A stretch of DNA of 64,000 bases from Chloroflexota bacterium (lineage in GTDB: Bacteria > Chloroflexota > Dehalococcoidia > Bin125), in assembly GCA_028875225.1 (NCBI GenBank), contig JAPPFB010000002.1, positions 11,182 to 75,181 of the forward strand, in the 5' to 3' direction. Below the pieces are notes generated by a model. The model saw nothing but the letters and a program-made list of their open reading frames with translations. It did no database searches and was not told the DNA's origin. The position numbers were made by a program, and so were the translations under genes. Positions 53,738 to 62,583 of the stretch are shown one piece after another (the stretch's first letter is position 1; the number at the start of each line of letters is the position of its first letter).

Positions 53738-55306
53738 ATGTCCGAACCGACCAACTGGCAACCCGAAGTCGATGAGCTGTATCTGCGTCGCGAACTGGCG
53801 CTCAAGATGGGCGGCGAGGAACGCGTCAACCGCCAGCGCGAGCTGGGCAAACTGACCATCCGCGATCGCATCGACGCGCTGGTCGATCCGGGCAGCTTCC
53901 ACGAAATCGGCGGGCTGGCGGGCTACGGCGCGTACGAGGATCGAGCGTTCAAGGACTTCAAACCGCTGCCCTACATCGGCGGACTGGCCAAGGTTGATGG
54001 TCGTTCCATCGTCGTGGGCGGCGAGGACTTCACCGTCGGCGGCGGCGCGGCCGACATCAGCACCCAGGAGCGATTCAAGAGCCTGTTCCTGGCCGACATG
54101 GCGCGCGAGTACCGCGTGCCCCTGTTCGTGTTCCACGAAGGCGCCGGCGCCAATGTCGCCGCCGAGGGAGACGGCCACGGCCACCTGCCCAGCAGCTTCG
54201 ACGTGTTCGGCCCCGACATTCTCGCCGGACAGGAAGTGCCGCTCGTGTTCGGCGTTTCGGGCGCGACTGCCGGCGGCGTCGCGGCGCGGGCGATGCTCGG
54301 CCACTTCACGGTGATGACGCCGCAGGGCGCGCTCTTCGCCGGCGGGCCGCCGCTCGTCAAGCGCGCGCTCGGCCAGGAAGTGACCAAGGACGAGCTCGGC
54401 GGGCCCGACATTCACGTCGGCCAGTCCGGCGCAATCGACAACCGGGCCAAAGACGAGTTTGACGCGATCGAGCAGATGAAGGCGTTCCTCAGCTACATGC
54501 CGCAGAACGTCTACCAGCAGCCGCCGTTCAAGGCGACCGACGATCCGCCCGACCGCGAGGAGGAGGCGCTGCTCAGCATCATCCCGCGCAAGCGGACCAG
54601 GCCGTACAACATGCTCAAGCTGATCAAGCTCCTGGTCGACGACGGCGAATTCTTCGAGATCAAGCCGGAGTTCGGCACGACAGTGCACACGCTCTTCGCC
54701 CGCGTCGGCGGGTATGTCGTTGGCATCGTGGCCAACAATCCCAGCATGCTGGCAGGCGCGATGACCGCCGATTCTGCCGACAAGCAGGGACACTTCGTCG
54801 AACTCTGCGACCACTTCCATATCCCGATCGTCTTCGTCGCCGACGTGCCCGGCTTCATGCTCGGCCCGCAGGCCGAAGCGACGGGCACCCTGCGTCACGG
54901 GATGCGCGCCTACTGGGCGACCTACCTCGCCACGGTGCCCGTCTTCACCGTGATCACGCGCAAGAACTACGGCATGGCCGGACAGGCGACGGCCAACGTC
55001 GGCACGATGAACTACCGCGTCGGCTGGCCCTCGGGCGATTGGGGCTCGATTCCAATCGAGGGCGGCGTCGCCGCGGCCTACCGCCGCGAAATCGAGAGCG
55101 CGCCCGATCCCGACGAGCGACGGCGCGAGATCGAGGAGCACCTGCTCCAGTTCCGCAATCCGTTCCGCACCGCAGAGGCGTTCGGGATTGAGGACATCAT
55201 CGACCCGCGCCAGACTCGGTCCTACATTCATCGTTTCCTCGAGCACGCTTACGACACGATCTCGACCAACCTCGGCGTCAAGGGCAAAGCGGGGGTGCGG
55301 CCTTAG
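53738..55306 (+). CDS. Acyl-CoA carboxylase carboxyltransferase (beta-type) subunit
   Basis: GKLTIRDRIDAL, DFTVGGG, LFAGGPPLV, ELGG, DVPGF, IDPRQTR. Confidence 0.9.
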   Translation: MSEPTNWQPEVDELYLRRELALKMGGEERVNRQRELGKLTIRDRIDALVDPGSFHEIGGLAGYGAYEDRAFKDFKPLPYIGGLAKVDGRSIVVGGEDFTVGGGAADISTQERFKSLFLADMAREYRVPLFVFHEGAGANVAAEGDGHGHLPSSFDVFGPDILAGQEVPLVFGVSGATAGGVAARAMLGHFTVMTPQGALFAGGPPLVKRALGQEVTKDELGGPDIHVGQSGAIDNRAKDEFDAIEQMKAFLSYMPQNVYQQPPFKATDDPPDREEEALLSIIPRKRTRPYNMLKLIKLLVDDGEFFEIKPEFGTTVHTLFARVGGYVVGIVANNPSMLAGAMTADSADKQGHFVELCDHFHIPIVFVADVPGFMLGPQAEATGTLRHGMRAYWATYLATVPVFTVITRKNYGMAGQATANVGTMNYRVGWPSGDWGSIPIEGGVAAAYRREIESAPDPDERRREIEEHLLQFRNPFRTAEAFGIEDIIDPRQTRSYIHRFLEHAYDTISTNLGVKGKAGVRP

Positions 55307-55313
55307 CAGGCGG

Positions 55314-55353
55314 CCCCCTCCGTCACTTCGTGACACCTCCCCCGAAGGGGAGG
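55314..55353. repeat. REP-like palindrome family B
   Basis: CCCCCTCCGTCACTTCGTGACACCTCCCCCGAAGGGGAGG. Confidence 0.85.
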
Positions 55354-55406
55354 TCGGGGACGGCTTAGACTCGACACAGCACGATTAGCAAGAAGAGGCG
55401 CCCCTG

Positions 55407-55868
55407 ATGTCTGATGTCTTCACCGTCGACCCCAACCTCCCCGACTGGATCCGCACGCACACCGAGCAATACCTCAACTCGGGCGGCGAAGAGGGACACA
55501 TGTGGGATCGGCCCGATGGTTCCGGTCCGATTCCCTGCCTACTGCTCGCGGCCCAGGGCCGCAAGTCCGGAGAGTGGCGCACGCTGCCACTGATCTACGG
55601 CGAGGCGGACGACGCCTACGTGATCGTGGCCAGCAAGGGCGGCGCCAGGAGTCACCCGGCCTGGTATCTCAACCTGGACGCCAACCCCGACGTGCAGCTG
55701 ATGGTCGGCACCGAGCAGTTCGAGGCCACCGCCCGCACCGCCGAGGGCGCCGAGCGGGACAAGCTATTCGCCATGATGGCCAAGGACTTTGACCCATACC
55801 TCGACTACGCGATCAGGGCCGGGGGCGCCGGTCGGCAGATTCCGATCGTGGTGCTCGAACGGAAGTAG
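55407..55868 (+). CDS. Deazaflavin (F420H2)-dependent nitroreductase family protein (Ddn-like)
   Basis: GRKSGEWRTLPL, VASKGG...HPAWYLNL.ANP, RQIPIVVL. Confidence 0.9.
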   Translation: MSDVFTVDPNLPDWIRTHTEQYLNSGGEEGHMWDRPDGSGPIPCLLLAAQGRKSGEWRTLPLIYGEADDAYVIVASKGGARSHPAWYLNLDANPDVQLMVGTEQFEATARTAEGAERDKLFAMMAKDFDPYLDYAIRAGGAGRQIPIVVLERK

Positions 55869-55879
55869 CCCATTCGCTC

Positions 55880-55910
55880 CGTCATACCCGCGCTTGCCGC
55901 GGGTATGACG
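55880..55910. repeat. Single family C palindrome, probable bidirectional terminator
   Basis: CGTCATACCCGCG-CTTGC-CGCGGGTATGACG between convergent genes. Confidence 0.8.
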
Positions 55911-55976
55911 CAGTCGCAACAGCCGTCGCGTGAACGTCGAGATTGCCGCGCTGAGGCGCGGCAATGACGAACTTGT

Positions 55977-56978
55977 TCAGGACACGTTCGCAACCTCCGG
56001 CAGCGACGCGGGCAGTCCGATTGCCTCTTTGACGTCGGCCAGGACCTCGGCTGCGATCACGCGGGCGCGGCGGGCGCCATCGATCAGGATCTCATCGACC
56101 GCGTCCGGATCGGCCGAGAGCTCCTCGCGGCGCGCGCGGATCGGGGCGAAGTAGTCGTTGACCGATTCGGTCAGCATCTTCTTGCAGTCGACGCAGCCAA
56201 TCGCAGCGCTGCGGCAGTCTGAGTCGATCTGGGGCTGTTTCTCCGGTCCGAAGAAGCCGTGCAGGGTGTAGACGTTGCAGACCTCGGGGCGGCCCGGATC
56301 GTCGCGGCGCACGCGCTGCGGATCGGTGATCGCGGTACGGATGGCCTGGAATGTCTCTTCCGGCGTGGCGGCCATATCGACGGCGTTGCCGTACGACTTG
56401 GACATCTTGCGGTTGTCGAAGCCCAGCACCATGGGCGCGCTGGTCAGTTCGGCCTCGGGCTCGGGGAACGTGTCGCCGAAGATGTTGTTGAAGCGGCGCA
56501 CGATTTCGCGGGCCAGCTCGAGGTGCGGCAGCTGATCCTCACCGACCGGCACCTTGTTGGCCCGGTAGAGGACGATGTCTGCGGTCTGGAGGACCGGATA
56601 CCCGACCAGTCCGTAGTTGACGTTTTCGGGCTGCGACTTGGCCTTCTCCTTGAACGTGGGCACGTTCATCAGGCGGCCGATCGGGGTGACCATCGAGAGC
56701 AACAGGTGGAGTTCTGAAATCTCCGGGACATGGCTCTGGGCGTAGAGGATGGTCTCCTCTGGGCGAATCCCGGCGGCGAGCAGGTCGATGGCGGTTTCGC
56801 GCACGTTGTCCCGGAGTTGCTCAGTCTCGGTCAGCGTGGTCAGCGAGTGCAGGTCGACGATCGAGTAGATGCACTCGTACCTGTCCTGCAGCGCGACGAA
56901 GTTCTGGATCGCGCCGAGGTAGTTGCCGATGTGTTGTCGGCCGGTCGCGCGGATACCCGCGAACACGCGATCCTGCAT
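55977..56978 (-). CDS. trpS: Tryptophan--tRNA ligase
   Basis: TGRQHIGNYLGA (HIGH-like), YPVLQTADI, VPVGEDQ, KMSKS, CVDCKK. Confidence 0.96.
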   Translation of the reverse strand: MQDRVFAGIRATGRQHIGNYLGAIQNFVALQDRYECIYSIVDLHSLTTLTETEQLRDNVRETAIDLLAAGIRPEETILYAQSHVPEISELHLLLSMVTPIGRLMNVPTFKEKAKSQPENVNYGLVGYPVLQTADIVLYRANKVPVGEDQLPHLELAREIVRRFNNIFGDTFPEPEAELTSAPMVLGFDNRKMSKSYGNAVDMAATPEETFQAIRTAITDPQRVRRDDPGRPEVCNVYTLHGFFGPEKQPQIDSDCRSAAIGCVDCKKMLTESVNDYFAPIRARREELSADPDAVDEILIDGARRARVIAAEVLADVKEAIGLPASLPEVANVS

Positions 56979-57017
56979 ATCCATCTCCTGCTCCGGTCGG
57001 GCTCTTCTACTCAAACG

Positions 57018-58700
57018 TTACATTTCGTCGGGCGAGTCGACGCCGATCAGTCGCAGGGTGGCGGCGAGCGCCGCTTGCGACGCCTGGGTCAGCGTCAGTC
57101 TGGCTCCCGACTGCTCCGGTTCTTCCGGGACGACGATCCGGTGGGCGTCGTAGAACTGGGTGAACGCCTGGGCCAGGCTCTGCGCGTAGTAGGTCAGGTG
57201 GTGGGGTTCGCGTCGCGCGGCCATGTCGGCGACCAGCTCCGGCAAGCGCAGGATTTCACCAATCAGGACAGATTCCTGCTCTTCGACCAGCAGATCCAGG
57301 TGGTCCGAGGACGGCGCCAGGCCGGCTTCCGCCGCGTTGCGCAGGACGCTGGCGCAGCGGGCGTGAGCGTACTTGACGTACGACGCCGGATTCTGGCGTG
57401 GGTCGGCGGACGCCGCCGCGGCCAGGTCGAAATCCATTTGCGCGTCGGCCGAGCGCTGGAGCATGAAGAATCGCGCGGCGTCCGCACCAACTTCCTCGAT
57501 CAACTCGCGCAGGGTCACGATTTCGCCGGTCCGCTTCGACATTCGCACGCGCTCATCGCCGCGACGCAGATGCACGAGCTGGTAGAGCAAGACCTCAAGC
57601 GCGTCGCCGTCGCCGCCGACGGCGGACACCGCAGCCTTGGTCCGGGCGACATGGCCCTGGTGATCGGCGCCCCAGACATCGATCACGGTGTCGAACTCAC
57701 GGGTGAGGAACTTGTCGTAGTGGTAGGCGACATCCGAGGCGAAGTAGGTCGGCTCGCCGGAGGAACGAATCAGAACGTTGTCCTTGTCCTCGCCCAGATC
57801 CTCGGAGCGGAACCAGACCGCGCCTTCCTTCTCAATCACGAAGGAGCCGCCGCGTAGCCGCTCCATAGCCACGTCGTAGGTGGAGGTACCGTTCGCGCCG
57901 TCGTAGAGCGCGGATTCCCGCTGCCAGTGGTCGAACTCGACCCGCAAGAGGGCCAGGTCGTCGTGAATCTGTTCGATCATCAGTTGCAGGCCGCGCTCCG
58001 AGAGCTCGGCCGGCGGATCCTCGCTGCTTTGCAGCCAGCGGTCGCCCGACTCCTCTTTGAGCTGCCTGGCCACGTCGACCATGTACGCGCCCTGGTAGCC
58101 GCCCTCGGGCAGCGGGACCTCGCGTCCGAACTGCTGCTGATATCGAGCGAACAGGGTGCGTCCGAAGAGGCGGATCTGCGCGCCGGCGTCGTTGACGTAG
58201 TACTCGCGCTGGACATCGAATCCGGCGGCGTCGAGCACCGAGGCCAGTGCGTCTCCGAGGACCGCGCCGCGTCCGTTGCCGACCTGCAACGGACCGGTCG
58301 GGTTTGCGGAGACGAACTCGACCTGAACGCGGTGTCCGGCGCCCTGTTCGACTCGGCCCCACTGGTCTCCGGCGTCGATCACGGCGAGCAACAGGTTGCG
58401 CTGCCACTCGGCGTCGAGCGTGACGTTGATGAATCCAGGCCGAGCCACGTCCACATCGGCGATGGGCTCGGTGCGCATGATGCGCTGCGCAATCGCCGAG
58501 GCGACATCCATCGGCGGCATGCGCACGGCGCTGGCCAGCCTCAGGGCGACGTTGCAGGAATAGTCGCCGTGCTCGCGTTCTTTGGGGCGTTCGATGCGCA
58601 GCTCGATCGGTGGAATTGGTGGCAAGGCCCCGTCGGCCTGCGCCAGTTCGAGGGCATTGCGGACCAGTTCGCCGACCAGATCCCGCGTCGCGCGCGCCAT
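57018..58700 (-). CDS. argS: Arginine--tRNA ligase
   Basis: HGDYS, PGFIN, EFVSANPTGPLQVGNGRG, EYYVNDAG, WGADHQG, MSKRTG, YAHAR. Confidence 0.96.
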   Translation of the reverse strand: MARATRDLVGELVRNALELAQADGALPPIPPIELRIERPKEREHGDYSCNVALRLASAVRMPPMDVASAIAQRIMRTEPIADVDVARPGFINVTLDAEWQRNLLLAVIDAGDQWGRVEQGAGHRVQVEFVSANPTGPLQVGNGRGAVLGDALASVLDAAGFDVQREYYVNDAGAQIRLFGRTLFARYQQQFGREVPLPEGGYQGAYMVDVARQLKEESGDRWLQSSEDPPAELSERGLQLMIEQIHDDLALLRVEFDHWQRESALYDGANGTSTYDVAMERLRGGSFVIEKEGAVWFRSEDLGEDKDNVLIRSSGEPTYFASDVAYHYDKFLTREFDTVIDVWGADHQGHVARTKAAVSAVGGDGDALEVLLYQLVHLRRGDERVRMSKRTGEIVTLRELIEEVGADAARFFMLQRSADAQMDFDLAAAASADPRQNPASYVKYAHARCASVLRNAAEAGLAPSSDHLDLLVEEQESVLIGEILRLPELVADMAARREPHHLTYYAQSLAQAFTQFYDAHRIVVPEEPEQSGARLTLTQASQAALAATLRLIGVDSPDEM

Positions 58701-58834
58701 GTCGAACACACTCTCTCGTTTGCCAGACTCACACTGTAGTCGGGCGCGGGCCAAAGGAGCAGGATATCGCGGGTCGAATGCGACACATAGCCGCCGCCAG
58801 ACCTGCCGACGATGTGGCGCTCCGAACCAAGCCT

Positions 58835-58980
58835 CGTCATTCCCGCGCCTGTCGCGGGAATCTCGCCGAACTCTGCAGCGCCCGTCTCATTGGGCCGATC
58901 GGAGCTGCGGCGATGAGCGGCTCACATGCCACGGCCACGGGGACCAATGCGAGATACCCGCGGCAAGCGCGGGTATGACG
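58835..58980. repeat. REPIN-like family C element
   Basis: CGTCATTCCCGCGCCTGTCGCGGGAATCTCGC ... GCGAGATACCCGCGGCAAGCGCGGGTATGACG; right arm identical to that at 17084-17115. Confidence 0.9.
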
Positions 58981-59023
58981 GGTTTCGTTTCACGTCCTCT
59001 CTCGTTCGTCGCGGTTCCACTTG

Positions 59024-61579
59024 CTAATGCACGGCCGTGGCGCCCGCGACGTTCAGGCTGTCGGCTCGGGCGCGGAGGAGGCGGTGTTCGGGGGCTCGGA
59101 GGTGGGGGTCGCCGTCGAGGATTCGGTTGGCCCAGTTGCGGGCGAGGTTGAGGGTTCGGTGGTCGGTCAACTTTGCCACCCGCAACTCGGGCAGGCCCGA
59201 CTGGCGGGTGCCGAAGTATTCGCCCGGACCGCGCATTTCGAGATCGGCTTCGGCCAGCTCGAATCCGTTGGTGGTCTGGACCATCAGGTCCAGCCGGCGC
59301 TGACTCTGCTCGACATCCGTCTCGGAGATCAGGTAACAGACCGACGGCAGGTCGCTGCGGCCGACGCGGCCGCGCAGCTGATGCAACTGCGCCAGGCCGA
59401 ATCGTTCCGCGCCCTCGATCACCATCACGGTCGCCCGGGGCAGGTCGACGCCGACTTCGACGACGATCGTGGAGACCAGCACATCGGCGTCGCCGCGGGC
59501 GAGGTCGGCCATGACGGAGCGTTTCTCATCGGCGGACATGCGGCCGTGCAGCAGGCGAATCCTGGGTGCCAGTTCGCGCAACGGACCGCTGCGCAGGAAC
59601 TCGTACTGCTCGGTCGCCGCCTCAGCCTCCAGCTTGTCGGACTCGTCAATCAGCGGACAGATCACGAAGGTCTGGCGACCCTGAGCGGCCTCCTCGCGGA
59701 TGCGCTGATAGACGATCTCCTCGCGCTGGGACGGCTCTACGATTTGCGTGCGCACGCGTTGTCTGCCCGGCGGCAGTTCGTCGATCACCGAGTTGTCCAA
59801 CTCGCCGTAGATGGTCAACGCGAGGGTGCGCGGGATCGGCGTGGCGGTCATGACCAGCAGGTGCGGGCTGCGTCCCTTGCTGCGCAGGGCGTCGCGCTGG
59901 AGCACGCCGAAGCGGTGCTGCTCGTCGACGACGGCCAGGCCGAGGTCGTTGAAGTTGGCGCTCTCCTGGATCAGCGCGTGCGTGCCGACCACGAGGTCGA
60001 GCATGCCTGAGGCCATCTCCTGGTGAATCTGTCGCTTGCGCGCCGCGCGGACGCTGCCGGTCAGCAGCGCCATCCGCACCGGACGTCCGAGGGCCGGGGC
60101 GAGGCTGAAGTTGTACCAGAGCTGTTCGCCGCCGGTGTGATCGTCGCCCGCGAAGAGGCGTTGGAAGGTCTCGTAGTGCTGGGAGGCGAGCACCTCGGTC
60201 GGCGCCATGAGCACCGTCTGGTGTCCGGCGCGCACCGCGGCGAGCATCGCGGCGGCGGCGACGACGGTCTTGCCGGAGCCGACGTCGCCCTGCAGCAATC
60301 GCGCCATCGGCTCGCGGCGGAACATGTCGTTGCGAATCTCGGTCAGGACGCGTTGCTGCGCGGCGGTCAGTTCGAAGGGCAGGGCGCCGATGAACCTGTC
60401 GAGGAAATCGCCGGGCATCGGGATCGGCGGGGCGTCGGCCCTGAGGCGGGCCTCGCGCTTGCGCGAGAGCACGGCGAGCTGGATTGACAGCAGTTCCTGG
60501 AACGCAATGCGTTCTTTGGCGAGTTCGACGTCTTCCAGTCGGTCGGGAAAGTGAATGGTGGCCAGGGCCTCAGCCTCGGACTGGTAGCCCTGTTCGGCGA
60601 TGATCTGCGGCGGCAATGACTCGGCCAGCAGCGGCAGATAGTCCCGGACCGCCCTGTGAGCCAGGCGTCGGATGGTGCGATTGGGCAGTCCCTTGGTGCG
60701 TGGATAGACAGGCGAGAGGCGACCGACGTGGACGGTGTCGTCGTCGGGATCGTCGAGCCGCTCCCATTCTGGTGAGACCATGCGCAGTCGGCGTCCCTGG
60801 ATCTCGACCGTGCCGGAGAGTCCGACCCGCATGCCCGCCTTGAGCGAGCGCGCCAGGTAGGGCTGCTGCCACCACCAGATACGGAGGCTGCCCGTGCCGT
60901 CGCGGACAACGGCCTCGGTCGCGGTGCGTCCGCCGCGCAGGTACTTGACGCCGATGCTGGCGATTTCGGCCACGATCGTCAGTTCGATCCCTTCGAGCGC
61001 TTCCGAGATCGTGCGCACGTTGCGCCAGTCCTCGTAGCGGCGAGGCAGATGCCAGAGCAGGTCATAGACGGTCTCCAGCCCGATCGACGTCATCGCCTTG
61101 CGGGAGATGGGCGGGATGCGGCCGAGGACGGAGACGTCGCGGGCGAGGGGATTTTCGTCGTCGAATGTGGCCGGAGGCCGTCTGCGGCTGGACTTCGTGC
61201 GCTTTGGCGTCCGGATTTGTCCAGATTTGTCCAGATTATGTTGGGATTGGTCCGGGTCATTACTCGCCGGCTGAGTGGTCGTCCTGCCGTTTCTGGTTCT
61301 GTCCGAGCGTTTGAAGCTGCCCGGCGCGGCGCCGGGGCGCAGGGCGGCGCGCACGTCGGCGGCCCAACGCTTGCGCTGGTCGGGGGTGAGCGAGGCGTAG
61401 CCATCCTGCGGGAGGGCGGCAACGATCTGCGTGAAGAACTGCGCCTGTTCGCCATCCTTGAGGACATTGCGCAGGAATCCGTCAAGTCCGCCGGCGACGG
61501 CGCGATCCTCGTAGCCGAGTTTCTCCTCCAACGCCAGCATCGACTGGAGCGTCTGCGTGGGCCGGCGCTGGCTGGTCAT
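59024..61579 (-). CDS. recG: ATP-dependent DNA helicase RecG
   Basis: PRRYED, QGDVGSGKT, APTEVLA, DEQHRFG, MTATPIPRT, AERFGLAQLHQLRGRVGR, RGPGEYFGTRQSG. Confidence 0.97.
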   Translation of the reverse strand: MTSQRRPTQTLQSMLALEEKLGYEDRAVAGGLDGFLRNVLKDGEQAQFFTQIVAALPQDGYASLTPDQRKRWAADVRAALRPGAAPGSFKRSDRTRNGRTTTQPASNDPDQSQHNLDKSGQIRTPKRTKSSRRRPPATFDDENPLARDVSVLGRIPPISRKAMTSIGLETVYDLLWHLPRRYEDWRNVRTISEALEGIELTIVAEIASIGVKYLRGGRTATEAVVRDGTGSLRIWWWQQPYLARSLKAGMRVGLSGTVEIQGRRLRMVSPEWERLDDPDDDTVHVGRLSPVYPRTKGLPNRTIRRLAHRAVRDYLPLLAESLPPQIIAEQGYQSEAEALATIHFPDRLEDVELAKERIAFQELLSIQLAVLSRKREARLRADAPPIPMPGDFLDRFIGALPFELTAAQQRVLTEIRNDMFRREPMARLLQGDVGSGKTVVAAAAMLAAVRAGHQTVLMAPTEVLASQHYETFQRLFAGDDHTGGEQLWYNFSLAPALGRPVRMALLTGSVRAARKRQIHQEMASGMLDLVVGTHALIQESANFNDLGLAVVDEQHRFGVLQRDALRSKGRSPHLLVMTATPIPRTLALTIYGELDNSVIDELPPGRQRVRTQIVEPSQREEIVYQRIREEAAQGRQTFVICPLIDESDKLEAEAATEQYEFLRSGPLRELAPRIRLLHGRMSADEKRSVMADLARGDADVLVSTIVVEVGVDLPRATVMVIEGAERFGLAQLHQLRGRVGRSDLPSVCYLISETDVEQSQRRLDLMVQTTNGFELAEADLEMRGPGEYFGTRQSGLPELRVAKLTDHRTLNLARNWANRILDGDPHLRAPEHRLLRARADSLNVAGATAVH
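61208..61256 (-). repeat. 10-bp-period repeat inside the recG N-terminal linker
   Basis: Minus strand CCCGGACCAATCCCAACATAATCTGGACAAATCTGGACAAATCCGGACG. Confidence 0.65.
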
Positions 61580-62427
61580 CAGGCGCGTCTCAGGACCGAA
61601 GCTCCAACGGTTCCCGGACCGACGTGGGCGCCGATCACGGGCGAGGAGAGCACGACCGGGACGTTCATGCCGTCGCAGGCGGCCGAGACGCGGTCGGCGA
61701 GGTCGCGAGCGTCAGACTCCACGCCGCCATGCATGATCGCGACGCGCTCCGGCGCTCCCTGCGCCACAATCTGCGCGTAGATCCGGTCGAGCGCCTTCTT
61801 GCGGGTGCGCGGCTTCTCGACGTCGACGATCTCCCCATCGATCACTTCCAATAGCGGGCGCATGCGCAGCAGGCGTCCGGCAAGGTGGCGGGCGCGTCCA
61901 ATGCGTCCGCCGCGCTGCAGGTAGTCGAGGGTCTCGACGAACAGCACGGCTTGCGAGCGGGCTGCGCTCTCACGCGCCGCCTCGGCGGCCTGTTCGATGC
62001 CGGCGCCCTCGCGGGCGGCGTCGAGTGCGGCATGTGCGGCCCAGGCAACCGACATCGATGCGGTCTCGGTGTCGACGAATTCGAAGGGCGGCGCGTCCTC
62101 GAGCAGGGACGCGCCCTGGCGGGCGGAGTTGAGGGTGCCCGAGAGTTTGCCGCTGATGTGGATCGAGATGATTCCGTCCGCGCCGTCGTCGATCAGTTGC
62201 TGGTACGTGTCGCGGAAGGCTCCCGGCGCGGGCTGCGAGGTGGTGGGCAGCGTGCCGCCTTCGTCGACGACGCGATTGAGTCGCTGCCAGAAATCGGGCT
62301 TGGTCAGGGTGACGCCGTCCTCAAACACCTCGTCTCCGAAATGCAGATGCAGCGGGATTACGGTAATGCCGTCGATCTCGCCCTGTTCGAGGTCGGAGGC
62401 GGAGTCGGTGACGATTGCGATGGACAT
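61579..62427 (-). CDS. DegV family fatty-acid-binding protein (FakB-like)
   Basis: IVTDSASDL, PTTSQP, ISGKLSGT, LDYLQRGGRIG, VIGAHVGPG. Confidence 0.93.
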   Translation of the reverse strand: MSIAIVTDSASDLEQGEIDGITVIPLHLHFGDEVFEDGVTLTKPDFWQRLNRVVDEGGTLPTTSQPAPGAFRDTYQQLIDDGADGIISIHISGKLSGTLNSARQGASLLEDAPPFEFVDTETASMSVAWAAHAALDAAREGAGIEQAAEAARESAARSQAVLFVETLDYLQRGGRIGRARHLAGRLLRMRPLLEVIDGEIVDVEKPRTRKKALDRIYAQIVAQGAPERVAIMHGGVESDARDLADRVSAACDGMNVPVVLSSPVIGAHVGPGTVGASVLRRA

Positions 62428-62496
62428 ATGTTCTATCCTAACAGGCTTCGTCAGGGGAGCAGGTGAAGGATTGTTGGTGGGTGAGCGTCGGCGGGA

Positions 62497-62555
62497 CCCC
62501 CTCAGCCTTCGGCAGGTCCCTCCCCGATCAAGTCGGGGACAGGCTCTGCGAGGGA
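62497..62555. repeat. Composite palindrome (family B arm plus CCCCGATCAAGTCGGGG hairpin)
   Basis: CCCCCTCAGCCTTCGGCAGGTCCCTCCCCGATCAAGTCGGGGACAGGCT; the first part matches the 8248 copy. Confidence 0.55.
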
Positions 62556-62583
62556 ATGCGAGGAATGGCAGGGTATGACATCC

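Noticed and set aside
58701-58834. T-box riboswitch upstream of argS/trpS
   Set aside because: No GGTGGNACC T-box consensus or specifier stem is recognisable.
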